Shown here: piece by piece, positions 27,817 through 38,383 of the stretch
Layout of the letters: every line of letters starts with the position of its first letter
Position numbering within the stretch: position 1 is the stretch's first letter
From: Clostridiales bacterium
Lineage (GTDB): Bacteria; Bacillota; Clostridia; Peptostreptococcales; NVVX01
DNA: 63,092 nucleotides
NCBI GenBank assembly: GCA_021129775.1
Contig: JAJOKP010000043.1
Location: 1 to 63,092 of the forward strand
Direction: 5' to 3'
Program-made: the position numbers and the translations under genes
The notes under the pieces: model-generated
The model's input: only the letters and a program-made list of their open reading frames with translations
What the model was told of the DNA's origin: nothing
Database searches by the model: none

Positions 27817-29888
27817 TAAATATTAAATTCTTTAATCAATTTCAACACATCTTCTGCCGAGGCAGATAAACTCTCACTTATAGATGCTATCTCTTCCATA
27901 GAAGCAGACTGTTCTTCAACTGCTGCTGAAATAGACTGTACTTCTTCAGTGGTTTGTTTACTTGACTCGCTAATATCACTGAATGTCTGAGCCATTTGAT
28001 GACTAGCACTTGATACTTCTTGTGTTGAAGCTGAAATGTCTTGTATTTGCATAGCTGTTTGGTTTGCTAATTCTCTTATTTCTTCAAACTTATTATCAAC
28101 TTCGTTAATTGTTTTTGATCCCTCTTCAACCGCTTCAATTGTCACGTCCAGTGAAGAATTTGCATCATCAATTACTTTTTGGTTGTCACTTATTAATTTT
28201 GAAATCCGATCTGTTGATTCTATTGATTGCTCTGCTAATTTCCGTATTTCTTCAGCTACAACCGCAAATCCTCTACCTGCTTCCCCAGCTCTTGCAGCTT
28301 CAATTGCCGCATTAAGTGAAAGTAAATTAGTGCGATCAGAAATCTCATTTATTACATTTAATATATTACCCATATCTTTAGAACTTTCATCAACTTTTTT
28401 CATGGCTACACCGACTTGCTTTGATTCCATATCTATTTTATTCATTTTCTCCGTTGCTACATTAACTGTTTCTTTTCCTATCTCAATCGTACTTATCATT
28501 TCTTCGCCCATCGCAGCCATGTCGTTTGAACTTGCAGCGATATTTTGCATTGTAGCTGATATTTCTTCGACTGCTGCTGCTGTTTCCCCAACTGCACCTA
28601 ATTGCTTGCCAGTATTTGCTGCAACTTCTTGTGCAGAATTCGCTGTGTAATCGGACGCTTTTGCCATTTCTTCGGTAATTACAGATAATTCTTTAGATGA
28701 ATCCACTGCGTTTTTAGTATTATTGTCCGCAGTTTCAATAAACTCCTTAAGATTTATAGTCATTTTTTCAAAAGACCTTGCTAAATTTCCAATTTCATCT
28801 TTCCGCTTTAATAGTGAATCTTCTATTTTTTGTTTCAAATCTTTATCTGCTATCTTTAGTGAAATGTCGCTTATTTTTTTAATTGGCTTAGTTATACTAA
28901 TCGCTACGAAGTATCCTATTATTCCGACTAAAATAACAATCACTAATGTCGATAACAAAATCCTATTTATTAGTGCTCTGAGTCCAGCTAAAGCTTCGCT
29001 TTCATCAATTTCAACTATTAATCCTACTGGAGTATCTCCTAACATGCTAACTTCAAGAGAACCAAATATACGAACACCTCTATAGTCTACATAATCATAC
29101 ATGACTTCATGAAAATCAAAATTTTCGTTTTCGATATGTTCTCTCAAAACATCAACAGCTTTAGTGTTAATAGTCACATTTAATGCTGCACCTTCTGTGT
29201 AATCTCCTAATAATGTGTTCGTAAGTAGAAGACCATCAGCATTAATTAAGTAAGCATTGGCAGATTCTCCAAGTTTATCAAGACCCGAATGCACAAAACC
29301 ATCAAAGACTTTTTGTGGAACTACCATATTTAGAGTTCCTATAATCAGACCAGATGAGCCATATTCTCTTATTGGTGTTGATACAACCATAATATTGTCT
29401 CCGACAAATTCCAAATAGAACAAATCTGAGAAATTCGTTTCTCCCCCTAGAGATGTTTGGATATACTCGCGCGTACTAAGATCCACACCCTTAAGAGCAT
29501 CATGGGTAGTAAATAGAACATCTCCTTCTTTTGTAGTAATAAATATTGCACCATATTCAAAGAATTCTTTTTTTAGCCTCGCTGATTCTTCAATGTACTT
29601 CACTTTCTCACGCCAAGCAGAACTACGAGTGTCCCAGTTATTTAATTTTAAGATTTGTAAACTTTTATAAATTTCTTGACTTTTTGCAAAAACTTCCACA
29701 TCGACTTTTATTTCCGCAAAGAATTTACTCTGTTCGCTTTCTTTTAAATTAGAATACATCTCAAGTGTTGTAAAAACCTCTTCTCTAATAGATTGCGAAG
29801 CAGAGTAATGTGACAAAGCACCTACTAATATAACTGGGATAATACTAATTGCAAGAACAATAGTAATTAACTTAGTTTTTAAACTCAT
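27816..29888 (-). CDS. Methyl-accepting chemotaxis protein with Cache sensor
   Basis: [34 protein letters not shown]; HAMP; two TM. Confidence 0.96.
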   Translation of the reverse strand: MSLKTKLITIVLAISIIPVILVGALSHYSASQSIREEVFTTLEMYSNLKESEQSKFFAEIKVDVEVFAKSQEIYKSLQILKLNNWDTRSSAWREKVKYIEESARLKKEFFEYGAIFITTKEGDVLFTTHDALKGVDLSTREYIQTSLGGETNFSDLFYLEFVGDNIMVVSTPIREYGSSGLIIGTLNMVVPQKVFDGFVHSGLDKLGESANAYLINADGLLLTNTLLGDYTEGAALNVTINTKAVDVLREHIENENFDFHEVMYDYVDYRGVRIFGSLEVSMLGDTPVGLIVEIDESEALAGLRALINRILLSTLVIVILVGIIGYFVAISITKPIKKISDISLKIADKDLKQKIEDSLLKRKDEIGNLARSFEKMTINLKEFIETADNNTKNAVDSSKELSVITEEMAKASDYTANSAQEVAANTGKQLGAVGETAAAVEEISATMQNIAASSNDMAAMGEEMISTIEIGKETVNVATEKMNKIDMESKQVGVAMKKVDESSKDMGNILNVINEISDRTNLLSLNAAIEAARAGEAGRGFAVVAEEIRKLAEQSIESTDRISKLISDNQKVIDDANSSLDVTIEAVEEGSKTINEVDNKFEEIRELANQTAMQIQDISASTQEVSSASHQMAQTFSDISESSKQTTEEVQSISAAVEEQSASMEEIASISESLSASAEDVLKLIKEFNI

Positions 29889-29949
29889 ACCTAAATCCTC
29901 CTTTAACTGTTTGGTCTCGAAATTATCCGAGCGTGTTTTTTCAAAACTT

Positions 29950-30069
29950 CTACTTACACTTCTTACATTCTAACCATAAATCTACTACTGCACCAACGAG
30001 CCGTGGATCGAACTATGTTCCTTTGCAAACTTTAATCTCCACTAAGCAGTCATCCGAACTAAATGCATG
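29950..30069 (-). pseudogene. C-terminal remnant of an HD-GYP gene
   Basis: HAFSSDDCLVEIKVCKGT*FDPRLVGAVVDLW; GT(Q->TAG)FDP motif, compare GTQFDSYLV of neighbouring HD-GYP. Confidence 0.65.
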
Positions 30070-30170
30070 GTTAATTGTCACGTAGAATGTGTGTTTTATG
30101 TAATGTGGCAAGGGACTTTTTGACCCGATTCGTGTCATCGATATTCGCGACACTTTTTGTTTCGTGATCA

Positions 30171-30200
30171 GGTCAGACAAGGGGACAAGGACTTGTCTGA
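30171..30200. repeat. Single REP family A unit
   Basis: GGTCAGACAAGGGGACAAGGACTTGTCTGA. Confidence 0.8.
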
Positions 30201-30216
30201 TAAAATGGTATTAAAA

Positions 30217-30270
30217 GAAAGAAAAACGACACACAAAACTTAACTGCATATGCAGCTAGATTTATGTGCC
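30217..30270 (-). terminator. Terminator/attenuator-like hairpin downstream of sigma54 promoter
   Basis: GGCACATAAATCTAGCTGCA-TA-TGCAGTTAAGTTTTGTGTGTC followed by GTTTTTCTTTC. Confidence 0.55.
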
Positions 30271-30318
30271 ATTTATCTTATTATAGTTATTAAAACCTTT
30301 GCTTTTATGGTTGATTGA

Positions 30319-30334
30319 TGCAATAAACGTGCCA
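30319..30334 (-). promoter_or_regulatory. Sigma54 (SigL) -24/-12 promoter
   Basis: TGGCACGTTTATTGCA, exact TGGCAC-N5-TTGCA consensus. Confidence 0.8.
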
Positions 30335-30410
30335 GTTTCATCGTTAAACTTCTCCTTTTTTGTTTTGCTGCATTTTTTATTAACATAGTAAGAAAATTTA
30401 TACATTCTAT

Positions 30411-30437
30411 TTTCTACACGTTTCTACAATATCCTTT
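30411..30437 (-). promoter_or_regulatory. Sigma-H-like promoter with TGTAGAA repeats
   Basis: AAAGGATATTGTAGAAACGTGTAGAAA. Confidence 0.4.
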
Positions 30438-30470
30438 ATTTTTCTTGAAAAATTCTAAATATTTCTTATC

Positions 30471-30547
30471 ATGTGGCAAGGGGACGTTTTGTTTGCCACA
30501 CTCTTCTTAATAGCAGGCGTGGCAAACAAAACGTCCCCTTGCCACAT
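30471..30547. repeat. REPIN family B full copy
   Basis: ATGTGGCAAGGGGACGTTTTGTTTGCCAC...GTGGCAAACAAAACGTCCCCTTGCCACAT. Confidence 0.9.
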
Positions 30548-30556
30548 TAGATTGAA

Positions 30557-31774
30557 CTAAACATTCACAATCTTATCTGCCATTGGCGCTCTTAATCTAT
30601 GTGCAACAGGGAATCCAGAACCAACCAACGGTCTTAGATAGAACTTAAATGCATTTGTAACGCCATTCCCTTCTTTGTTAATAAAATCATCAGACATAAG
30701 CTTTGTTTTTCCAGCTACTTCACTTAAATTAACTAATTCGTAACCAACTGAATAAAATCCTGTTCTTTTAATAACAATAGAACCGTCAACGTTGTTCCAA
30801 AGCGCATATTGAGCCGCTTTTTCGCCAACTTCTCTTGCTTCTTGTTGGTCTACATCCGATACTACGTCTATAAATGATCTTTGCAAATAACCAAACGTAT
30901 CTGATCTTACTCTCTTTATATTTAAACGCTCTTTAATTGTACTTGACAATAAATCTCCTAGTATTCCAGTTCCTGATAGTTGAACATTGCCATGTTGGTC
31001 AAATTCTTTAACTTTGCTGAGCTCTGCCATAATTGGATTTCCTTTATCATTATGAACTCCTTCAGAAATAGCAATAACACATCTGCCATATCTGTCATAA
31101 ATCTGTTTTACATCTTTCAAAAACTTTTCTATGCAAAAAATTCTTTCTGGTAGGTAAATTAAATGTGGACCATCGTCTGGATATTTCTGAGCTAATACAG
31201 ATGCAGCTGTTAAAAATCCAGCATGTCTTCCCATAACAACCCCTATATAAACACCACCCATAGCTCTATTATCAAGATTCACACCTGTAAATCCTTGTGC
31301 AACAAACCTAGCAGCCGAGCCATAGCCTGGAGTATGGTCATTTAGGACTAAGTCATTATCAACAGTCTTAGGAATATGTATTGCTCTAAACTCATAATTG
31401 GCTTTTTTAGCACTATCGTTGACAATTCTAACTGTATCAGAGGAATCATTGCCTCCTATATAGAAAAAATAACGAATATCATGCGCTTTCATAACTTCAA
31501 ACATTTCCTTGCAATATGCTTCGTCTGGCTTAACTCTAGTTGATAACAACGCTGAAGAGGGAGTCACTGCAACTTTTTCTAGATTATTCGTCGTTTCCAT
31601 TGTTAAGTCCATAAAGTTCTCATTAATAATACCTTCAACACCTTTTATTGCCCCATACACCTTCGTGATTTGGTTGAATTTACGCGACTCCAAAACTGCC
31701 CCAACCATTGACTGATTAATTACTGCAGTTGGACCTCCACCTTGTGCAATTAAAATTTTACCTGTTAACTTCAT
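30557..31774 (-). CDS. pfp: Pyrophosphate-dependent 6-phosphofructokinase
   Basis: QGGGPT, IGGNDS (Asp) and IPKTVDND (Lys) PPi-type signature residues, MGRHAG. Confidence 0.85.
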   Translation of the reverse strand: MKLTGKILIAQGGGPTAVINQSMVGAVLESRKFNQITKVYGAIKGVEGIINENFMDLTMETTNNLEKVAVTPSSALLSTRVKPDEAYCKEMFEVMKAHDIRYFFYIGGNDSSDTVRIVNDSAKKANYEFRAIHIPKTVDNDLVLNDHTPGYGSAARFVAQGFTGVNLDNRAMGGVYIGVVMGRHAGFLTAASVLAQKYPDDGPHLIYLPERIFCIEKFLKDVKQIYDRYGRCVIAISEGVHNDKGNPIMAELSKVKEFDQHGNVQLSGTGILGDLLSSTIKERLNIKRVRSDTFGYLQRSFIDVVSDVDQQEAREVGEKAAQYALWNNVDGSIVIKRTGFYSVGYELVNLSEVAGKTKLMSDDFINKEGNGVTNAFKFYLRPLVGSGFPVAHRLRAPMADKIVNV

Positions 31775-31876
31775 TTCATCACTCCATTTTCTTATATTTT
31801 TTAAAAATTTAGTTCAATTAAATAAACTTTTTCTCAAAATAAAGCGTTCTTTGCGAGACCCATTCGACTTCACTTC

Positions 31877-31967
31877 GTCAGATAAGGAGACAGGGACTTG
31901 TCTGGTTTCTGACTACGCCACGGGGACGGTTCCTATGTCTGGCTACGCCATGGGGACGCCTTGTCTA
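31877..31967. repeat. Cluster of degenerate REP units
   Basis: Degenerate family A unit plus tandem TCTG(A/G)CTACGCCA(C/T)GGGGACG x2. Confidence 0.65.
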
Positions 31968-31973
31968 ACCTCT

Positions 31974-32912
31974 CTAACCAAACAAAACATCTATGAATCT
32001 GTTCGCATCAAACTCCTGTAAATCAACCATTTTCTCACCTACTCCAATTAATTTAACTGGTATTTTTATTTCTCTGCTTATACTAATGACTACTCCACCT
32101 TTTGCAGTTCCATCCAGCTTGGTGAGAACTAGTCCGGAAATATTGGCTGCTTCTTTAAAAACCCTTGCTTGTTGCACCGCATTTTGGCCAGTTGTTGCAT
32201 CTAAGACTAAAAGTACTTCTTTAGTTGCATCTTTATACTCTCTATCAGTAATTCTAAAAGTTTTAGATAGTTCATTCATAAGATTTATTTTGTTATGAAG
32301 CCTCCCTGCAGTATCACATATTAACACATCAATTTCTCTTGCTTTGGCCGCACATATTGCATCATATATGACAGCCGATGAATCAGCACCTTCTTGATGC
32401 TTTATTACGTCAACTCCAACTCTGTCAGCCCAGATTTTAAGCTGTTCTGATGCCGCTGCTCTAAAAGTGTCACCAGCAGCAAGTAATACTTTTTTATCTT
32501 GACCCTTAAGTTTATATGCAATTTTGCCAATGGTTGTAGTCTTTCCTACTCCATTAACTCCCACAACAAGTATGATTGCAGGACTCGGCTCAATATTTAA
32601 CTTGTTATTGTCTGAACACTCGTTTAATATTTCAACTAACTTTTCTTTAAGAATTACTTTAATATCTTCAGGATTTTGCAGTTTGTCAGTTTTAACCCTA
32701 TCTTTCAAATCATCAATTATTTCTAAAGTTGTCTGCACACCTATGTCTGCTGTAATTAGAATCTCTTCCAATTCCTCAAACAAATTTTCATCTATTTTGT
32801 GAAATGATTTCACCAAATTATCTACTTTTTCAGTAATACCTTGCTTAGTTTTAGATAATCCTTCTTTTAATCTCTTGAAAAGCGAAGTTTTTTCTTCATT
32901 TTTGTCAAACAT
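31974..32912 (-). CDS. ftsY: SRP receptor FtsY
   Basis: GVNGVGKTTTIGK, DTFRAAA, DTAGRLH, TKLDGTAKGG. Confidence 0.98.
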   Translation of the reverse strand: MFDKNEEKTSLFKRLKEGLSKTKQGITEKVDNLVKSFHKIDENLFEELEEILITADIGVQTTLEIIDDLKDRVKTDKLQNPEDIKVILKEKLVEILNECSDNNKLNIEPSPAIILVVGVNGVGKTTTIGKIAYKLKGQDKKVLLAAGDTFRAAASEQLKIWADRVGVDVIKHQEGADSSAVIYDAICAAKAREIDVLICDTAGRLHNKINLMNELSKTFRITDREYKDATKEVLLVLDATTGQNAVQQARVFKEAANISGLVLTKLDGTAKGGVVISISREIKIPVKLIGVGEKMVDLQEFDANRFIDVLFG

Positions 32913-32922
32913 TTTCTTCCTC

Positions 32923-35900
32923 CTAGCTTGCAATTTCGTTATCTACATCTGTTAATCTAACAGACACCAGTTTAGATATACCCTGTTCCTGCATAGTCAC
33001 CCCATATAATACATCTGCAATTTCCATTGTCCCTTTTCTATGTGTTACAACAATAAATTGTGTATCTTTTGATAGTTCTTTCAAAAAACTAGCGAAGCGG
33101 GTTACGTTAACATCGTCTAGCGAAGCCTCTATTTCATCTAATACGCAGAATGGACTTGGCTTAACAAGCAATATTGCAAACAGCAGAGCAATTGCTGTTA
33201 GCGCACGTTCTCCCCCTGATAAAAGAAGCAAGTTTTGCAATTTTTTGCCAGGTGGCTGTGCAACTATTTCTACACCAGAAGATAAATTGTTATCTCCTTC
33301 TGTTATAACTAAATCCGCTTTTCCTCCTCCAAATAGTTTTAAAAAAACCTCGTTGAAATTCTTCTTGATTATTTCAAACTGTTCTTTAAACTGCCTCTTC
33401 ATTATTTTTTCCATTTCTTTAATAATATCTTTCAATGATTCTTGCGCCATGCACAAATCTCTCTGTTGAGTATAAAGAAACCCATGTCGCTCTTTAACAC
33501 TCTTATATTCTTCAATCGCCTCTACATTCACATTTCCTAGCTCTCTTAACTCGTTCTTAATAATTTTAATTTCTCTCGTAGTTTTACTTGCGTTAATATT
33601 ACCTTCAATAGAGTCCATCGCTTGTTCGTATGTCAATTCATATTCTTCCCACAATTTCTCAGTGACTGTTTGTTTTTGAATATCAAGTTTAGTTACACTT
33701 AAATTCAGCTTATGTTCGTTGTTTTGTAAATCGAAAATTGTTTTTTCTGCACTTTGAGCTAACTCTCTTGTATTATTTTCTCTAACTATTAATGATGATT
33801 TTTGAGATTTTAGCTCTTCAATTTCCATTTCAAGGGTTCCGGATTTTTTTACTAATATATCAATATCTGATTTGATGATTTCCATTTCCTTTTCCAATTC
33901 AAATCTCTTGCTCTTTGTCAACTTGATTTCTTCTCTCTTAGTATTTAGTAATTCTTCTCTCCCTCTAATAGTTTCTTGTAGATTGTCCACTTCTACCAGT
34001 ATTGACTTCTTATTTTCAATTAGTGAAGCCTTTTCAACTTTTAATTTTGTTATTCCATCTCTTAAAGTATCAATATTTACTTTTTTATTGTTTAGCTCTT
34101 CTTTTACTTTAGAAATATTCTCTTGTATAGAGGATATTTTGCTCTCATATACTAATATTTCTTGATCAATTTTAGCAAGTTTGTATTGCGTTTCCGTTTT
34201 TACACCAGTTAGTTGGAGAATTTCGCTAGCAAGTCTCTCGTATGATTCGTGTACCTGACTTTTTTCTTTAGCACTCTGTTCAACCTTGTTTTTCAATGTA
34301 GCTTCTTTGACTATATATTCTTGCTTTCTTGTTTTTAACTTTTCAATTTTATAGTGCATTAGTTGCCTTCTATCTTTTAGCAAGTGCAGTTCTTTCTGAG
34401 TAGTTCCGATGTTAGAGCTAAGACTAATAATATGTACTCGCAAATCTTCTAATTCTCTTTTTCTGCTTAAAACACCCATTTTCGCTTTTGAATTACTCCC
34501 ACCAGTTAACGAACCACCTATATTGATAACATCTCCATCCATAGTGACAATCTTAAATTTGTATTTAAGCGCTTTAGCTACCTTAGTCCCTTCGTCTAAA
34601 TTAGAAACAATTAGTACTCTTGCTAGTAGGTTTGAAAAGACACTATTATACTTTGCACTAAATTCTACCACATCGTATGCGGTTTTGACACTGTTGAATT
34701 TGTTGATTATTTTTTTTTCATCATTACTAATATATCTGTCCAAAATAGTATTTAATGGCAATACTGTTATTCGTCCCAAATTATTTTTTTTCATATAATA
34801 GATTATTCGTTTTGCATCCTCTTCATTTTCAGAAACTATGTTTTGAATTGCTGCACCTAAAGCAGTTTCAATTGCAATTTCGTACCCTTTAGGAGCCTTC
34901 AGTATGTCAGCTACAACACCATAAATACCTTCTCCGAGATTCTTGTTTCCTCTACATGCTTCAAGAATATTTTTTACTCCTTTATAAAAGCCATCATGCT
35001 CTCTCTCCATAGTTTCTAAAATATTTTTATTAGCGATTTTTTTATTTGCATTTTCTCTAATTCTCACTAGGTTAATCTCTTTACTTCGCAACTCTTTTCC
35101 CAAATTATTATCTTCTCTACACAGATTAGCTAAGTCTAATTCTAGTTTTTCTAAATCTCTTTGAACACATTCTAAATCTCTTGTGAATGTATCTGTATTT
35201 TCACTAATCATCGCTAGTTTGTTTTGTGTCTTTTCACTTTCTTCGTCAATTTGAGCAATTCTTTCATCCATAGTCTTTATCAAAGTTTTATACCCATTTA
35301 ATTCACTTTTCATATCAGCAATCTTGTTCATGTAATCAATTATGTCAGATTTATCATTTTCAATTTCGCCCTCTTTATCTATGTTATAACTAATACTTCT
35401 ATTAAAATCGCTCTCTTCATTTTGTAAGTTTATTTCTAAATTGTCTAGCTGATTACAAACTGATTCAAGTTGGCTTAACTTTTGATTTAAGTTTACGTTA
35501 GCTTCTTGCTCGTTTTGTATTCTCATTTCAATTTCTTTTTCTAATCTCGTCTTTTCATCATCGCAATTAGCGATTTTCTCCTTATGTAAATCAATCTGTC
35601 CTTTGGCTTTGTCAGTTTCGTTTTTTGCTTTGTAGTAGTTATTTTGGCTATTTAAGAATTGTTCTTCATTTTCATTTAATTCCTCTTTCATTTTTTCTAG
35701 CTCATTAAAAAAACGATCCTTGTCTTCAAGAACTTGCTTGCCAGTTTCTCTTAGCTCCTCTATTTGTTCTTGCTTCTTTACTAATCTCTTTTTAAAAACA
35801 CTAATTTCACTCGCGAAATAATTGACTTCAATCTTTCTTAATCCATCTTTAAGTTCAATATATTTGCTCGCCTTACTACTTTGCCTTTTTAGAGGATCAA

Positions 35901-36504
35901 GCTGATTTTCGAGCTCACGCAATATATCTTGTACTCTAAGTAAATTATCTTTTGTTTTCTTTAATTTTTTCTCCGCAACTTCTTTTCTTATCTTGTATTT
36001 AATTATTCCTGCTGCTTCCTCAAATATTTGTATTCTATCTTCTGGCTTGCTGCTTAATATCTCATCAATTTTCCCTTGTCCAATAATCGAATAGCCTTCT
36101 TTACCAATGCCTGTATCCATTAATAGCTCTCTAATGTCCTTTAACCTGCATGTTGACTTATTTAAGTAATATTCGCTTTCTCCAGACCTGTAAACACGTC
36201 TAGTAATAGTAATTTCACCATAATCAAGCGGTAGTACTCCTAAAGAGTTATCTAAAGTTATCGAAACTTCAGCCATTCCTACAGGTTTTCTAGTTGCAGT
36301 CCCTGAAAAAATTACATCTTCCATTTTACTACCTCTTAGTAATTTAGGGCTTTGTTCACCTAGCACCCATCGAATAGAATCAGAAATATTACTTTTTCCG
36401 CTACCATTTGGTCCAACTACGGCAGTAATCCCTTTTTCAAATTGCATTTCGATTCTTTCTGCAAACGATTTAAATCCCTGTATGTCTATTTGTTTCAGAT
36501 ACAT
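32923..36504 (-). CDS. smc: Chromosome segregation protein SMC
   Basis: GPNGSGKSN, coiled coils, hinge, LSGGE, LDEIEASLD. Confidence 0.98.
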   Translation of the reverse strand: MYLKQIDIQGFKSFAERIEMQFEKGITAVVGPNGSGKSNISDSIRWVLGEQSPKLLRGSKMEDVIFSGTATRKPVGMAEVSITLDNSLGVLPLDYGEITITRRVYRSGESEYYLNKSTCRLKDIRELLMDTGIGKEGYSIIGQGKIDEILSSKPEDRIQIFEEAAGIIKYKIRKEVAEKKLKKTKDNLLRVQDILRELENQLDPLKRQSSKASKYIELKDGLRKIEVNYFASEISVFKKRLVKKQEQIEELRETGKQVLEDKDRFFNELEKMKEELNENEEQFLNSQNNYYKAKNETDKAKGQIDLHKEKIANCDDEKTRLEKEIEMRIQNEQEANVNLNQKLSQLESVCNQLDNLEINLQNEESDFNRSISYNIDKEGEIENDKSDIIDYMNKIADMKSELNGYKTLIKTMDERIAQIDEESEKTQNKLAMISENTDTFTRDLECVQRDLEKLELDLANLCREDNNLGKELRSKEINLVRIRENANKKIANKNILETMEREHDGFYKGVKNILEACRGNKNLGEGIYGVVADILKAPKGYEIAIETALGAAIQNIVSENEEDAKRIIYYMKKNNLGRITVLPLNTILDRYISNDEKKIINKFNSVKTAYDVVEFSAKYNSVFSNLLARVLIVSNLDEGTKVAKALKYKFKIVTMDGDVINIGGSLTGGSNSKAKMGVLSRKRELEDLRVHIISLSSNIGTTQKELHLLKDRRQLMHYKIEKLKTRKQEYIVKEATLKNKVEQSAKEKSQVHESYERLASEILQLTGVKTETQYKLAKIDQEILVYESKISSIQENISKVKEELNNKKVNIDTLRDGITKLKVEKASLIENKKSILVEVDNLQETIRGREELLNTKREEIKLTKSKRFELEKEMEIIKSDIDILVKKSGTLEMEIEELKSQKSSLIVRENNTRELAQSAEKTIFDLQNNEHKLNLSVTKLDIQKQTVTEKLWEEYELTYEQAMDSIEGNINASKTTREIKIIKNELRELGNVNVEAIEEYKSVKERHGFLYTQQRDLCMAQESLKDIIKEMEKIMKRQFKEQFEIIKKNFNEVFLKLFGGGKADLVITEGDNNLSSGVEIVAQPPGKKLQNLLLLSGGERALTAIALLFAILLVKPSPFCVLDEIEASLDDVNVTRFASFLKELSKDTQFIVVTHRKGTMEIADVLYGVTMQEQGISKLVSVRLTDVDNEIAS

Positions 36505-36556
36505 GTTTATCACCTCGAATTACTCAATATTCAAGAACCAATGAAGAATAAATTAA

Positions 36557-37264
36557 TCAACGAACAAATTCTCCTAATGCTTTTTTGGCCGCTTGTTGCT
36601 CAGCCTCTTTTTTACTCTTGCCTGCCCCTCTTCCAAGTACCTTTTCACCTAAAAAAATTTTTACTTGAAAAGTTTTATTATGGTCAGGACCTAATTCTCC
36701 GATAACTTTATATGTTATTTTTTCTTTGGATTTGCTCTGGCATAACTCCTGCAAATGAGTTTTATAATCTTTATTTAATTCTCCCTTAACAGCTAGTTCT
36801 ACATTTTCAACAAAAATTGAAAGAACGAATTTTCTAGCTGCATCAACCCCACCATCAATATACATTGCACCTATCACTGCTTCCATTGCATCTGCTAAAA
36901 TAGATACTCTTTTTCTTCCACCAGATGATTCCTCCCCTTTACCTAGCCTTAAATATTTACCTAAATCAATTTTAAAAGCTCTTTCAGCTAATGATGCTTC
37001 GCAAACAACATTTGCTCTAATCTTCGTAAGTTCACCTTCAGGCAGGTTAGTATATTTATTAAATATGTAGTCACTCACTACCAATCCAAAAATCGAATCT
37101 CCTAAAAATTCTAATCTTTCGTTATATGACATTTTTCTATTTTTGCACTCTTTGGCATAAGAACTATGAGTTAGTGCCTCTTGCAAAAGAAAACTATCTT
37201 TAAATTTATAATCAATAACATCTTGAATCTCGTTTAGTTTTTTAGCACTCATTCTGTCAAACAT
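36557..37264 (-). CDS. rnc: Ribonuclease III
   Basis: ALTHSS, NERLEFLGDS, dsRBD GKSKKEAEQQAA. Confidence 0.98.
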   Translation of the reverse strand: MFDRMSAKKLNEIQDVIDYKFKDSFLLQEALTHSSYAKECKNRKMSYNERLEFLGDSIFGLVVSDYIFNKYTNLPEGELTKIRANVVCEASLAERAFKIDLGKYLRLGKGEESSGGRKRVSILADAMEAVIGAMYIDGGVDAARKFVLSIFVENVELAVKGELNKDYKTHLQELCQSKSKEKITYKVIGELGPDHNKTFQVKIFLGEKVLGRGAGKSKKEAEQQAAKKALGEFVR

Positions 37265-37311
37265 AGGTTTCTCTCCCTGACTTAATAATTTAACATGATA
37301 TTCCCATAACT

Positions 37312-37340
37312 ATTCTACTATGTTTGGTGACTAATTGCAA
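37312..37340 (-). promoter_or_regulatory. SigA promoter of rnc
   Basis: TTGCAA-N17-TAGAAT. Confidence 0.6.
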
Positions 37341-37471
37341 AAAAAAAAATAGAGATTTGTTCTCTATGTTTTTTATTTACTAACAACAATTTGTTCACGC
37401 AAGTGTACTCCTCTACATCATCAGTTTTTGTCCCTGTGATTTCTTTCGATGTACAATGGATTCGCTCGAAA

Positions 37472-38383
37472 CTAATTGTCTAACACTTCTACATAAATTC
37501 GTAACACATCCTCATACGGCAAATCTTTTCCTAAAAACACATCACCAAGCCATATTTCAAAATGCAAATGTTGGGCTCCACTACTACTAAGTATTTTACC
37601 CACTACAGAATTTTTTGTACCACTGTTTCCTATGCCACCGACAATAAATCCTTCTTTTATTGTTTGTCCCACTTTAAGATCAGAAGCAACACTATCAAGA
37701 TGTGCATAACGAGTTATTATACCATTCTGATGCTCTATCCATACTTGCATACCACGTAGCTTGTCCAACTTTTTTTCAGGTGTAATGTCTGCCTCGTGTG
37801 AAATTTTGATGACCTCGTTATACTCTTCTAAGGTCATTTCTTTAAAATCATGATCAACACGTATAACAATACCATCTGCGGCAGCGACAACATTCGTCCC
37901 AAAAGCAAAGCCATAATAATCAATTCCCTCATGAATCCCATTTCTATAAGACCTAGAAGCGTTTGGAAGGCGTCCGCTTGCAGTGGTAACAGATGCGTTT
38001 TCTATTGGAGAATTTAAAAAAGCAAACAATTCTATGGTTTCTTCAACTGCCATCTTATAAAGATCATGAACAATCTTAGCACCTTCCTGCTCCGCATCTG
38101 CAACGTCAACATTTGTGGATACACCTTCTTCTGAAGTTAGTATAACTTCATCTTCTTCACTATGGTTAACTCCCTCTTCAACCTTTGGTAAGTCAGCTAC
38201 CACTTCACCAATGCCTTCCGCTTCAGAATTTTCTAAATTGCTTTGCTCCATTGGCTGATTAATTTTTCTATATGGTGCAGCTGTACTCATCTCTAAATCA
38301 AAGATATCATATATTCCCACTAAAATAAACAAAATAATCACCAAAAAAATAACCACTAAATTTTTTTTACGCACTTCATTCAC
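37472..38383 (-). CDS. M23 family metallopeptidase, membrane-anchored
   Basis: HEGIDY, TRYAHLD, HLHFEI motifs; N-terminal TM. Confidence 0.9.
   Translation of the reverse strand: MNEVRKKNLVVIFLVIILFILVGIYDIFDLEMSTAAPYRKINQPMEQSNLENSEAEGIGEVVADLPKVEEGVNHSEEDEVILTSEEGVSTNVDVADAEQEGAKIVHDLYKMAVEETIELFAFLNSPIENASVTTASGRLPNASRSYRNGIHEGIDYYGFAFGTNVVAAADGIVIRVDHDFKEMTLEEYNEVIKISHEADITPEKKLDKLRGMQVWIEHQNGIITRYAHLDSVASDLKVGQTIKEGFIVGGIGNSGTKNSVVGKILSSSGAQHLHFEIWLGDVFLGKDLPYEDVLRIYVEVLDN

Noticed and set aside
30013-30015. In-frame TAG as pyrrolysine readthrough in the HD-GYP remnant
   Set aside because: Falls at a conserved Gln (CAG to TAG), the rest of the gene is absent and no pyl genes are visible.
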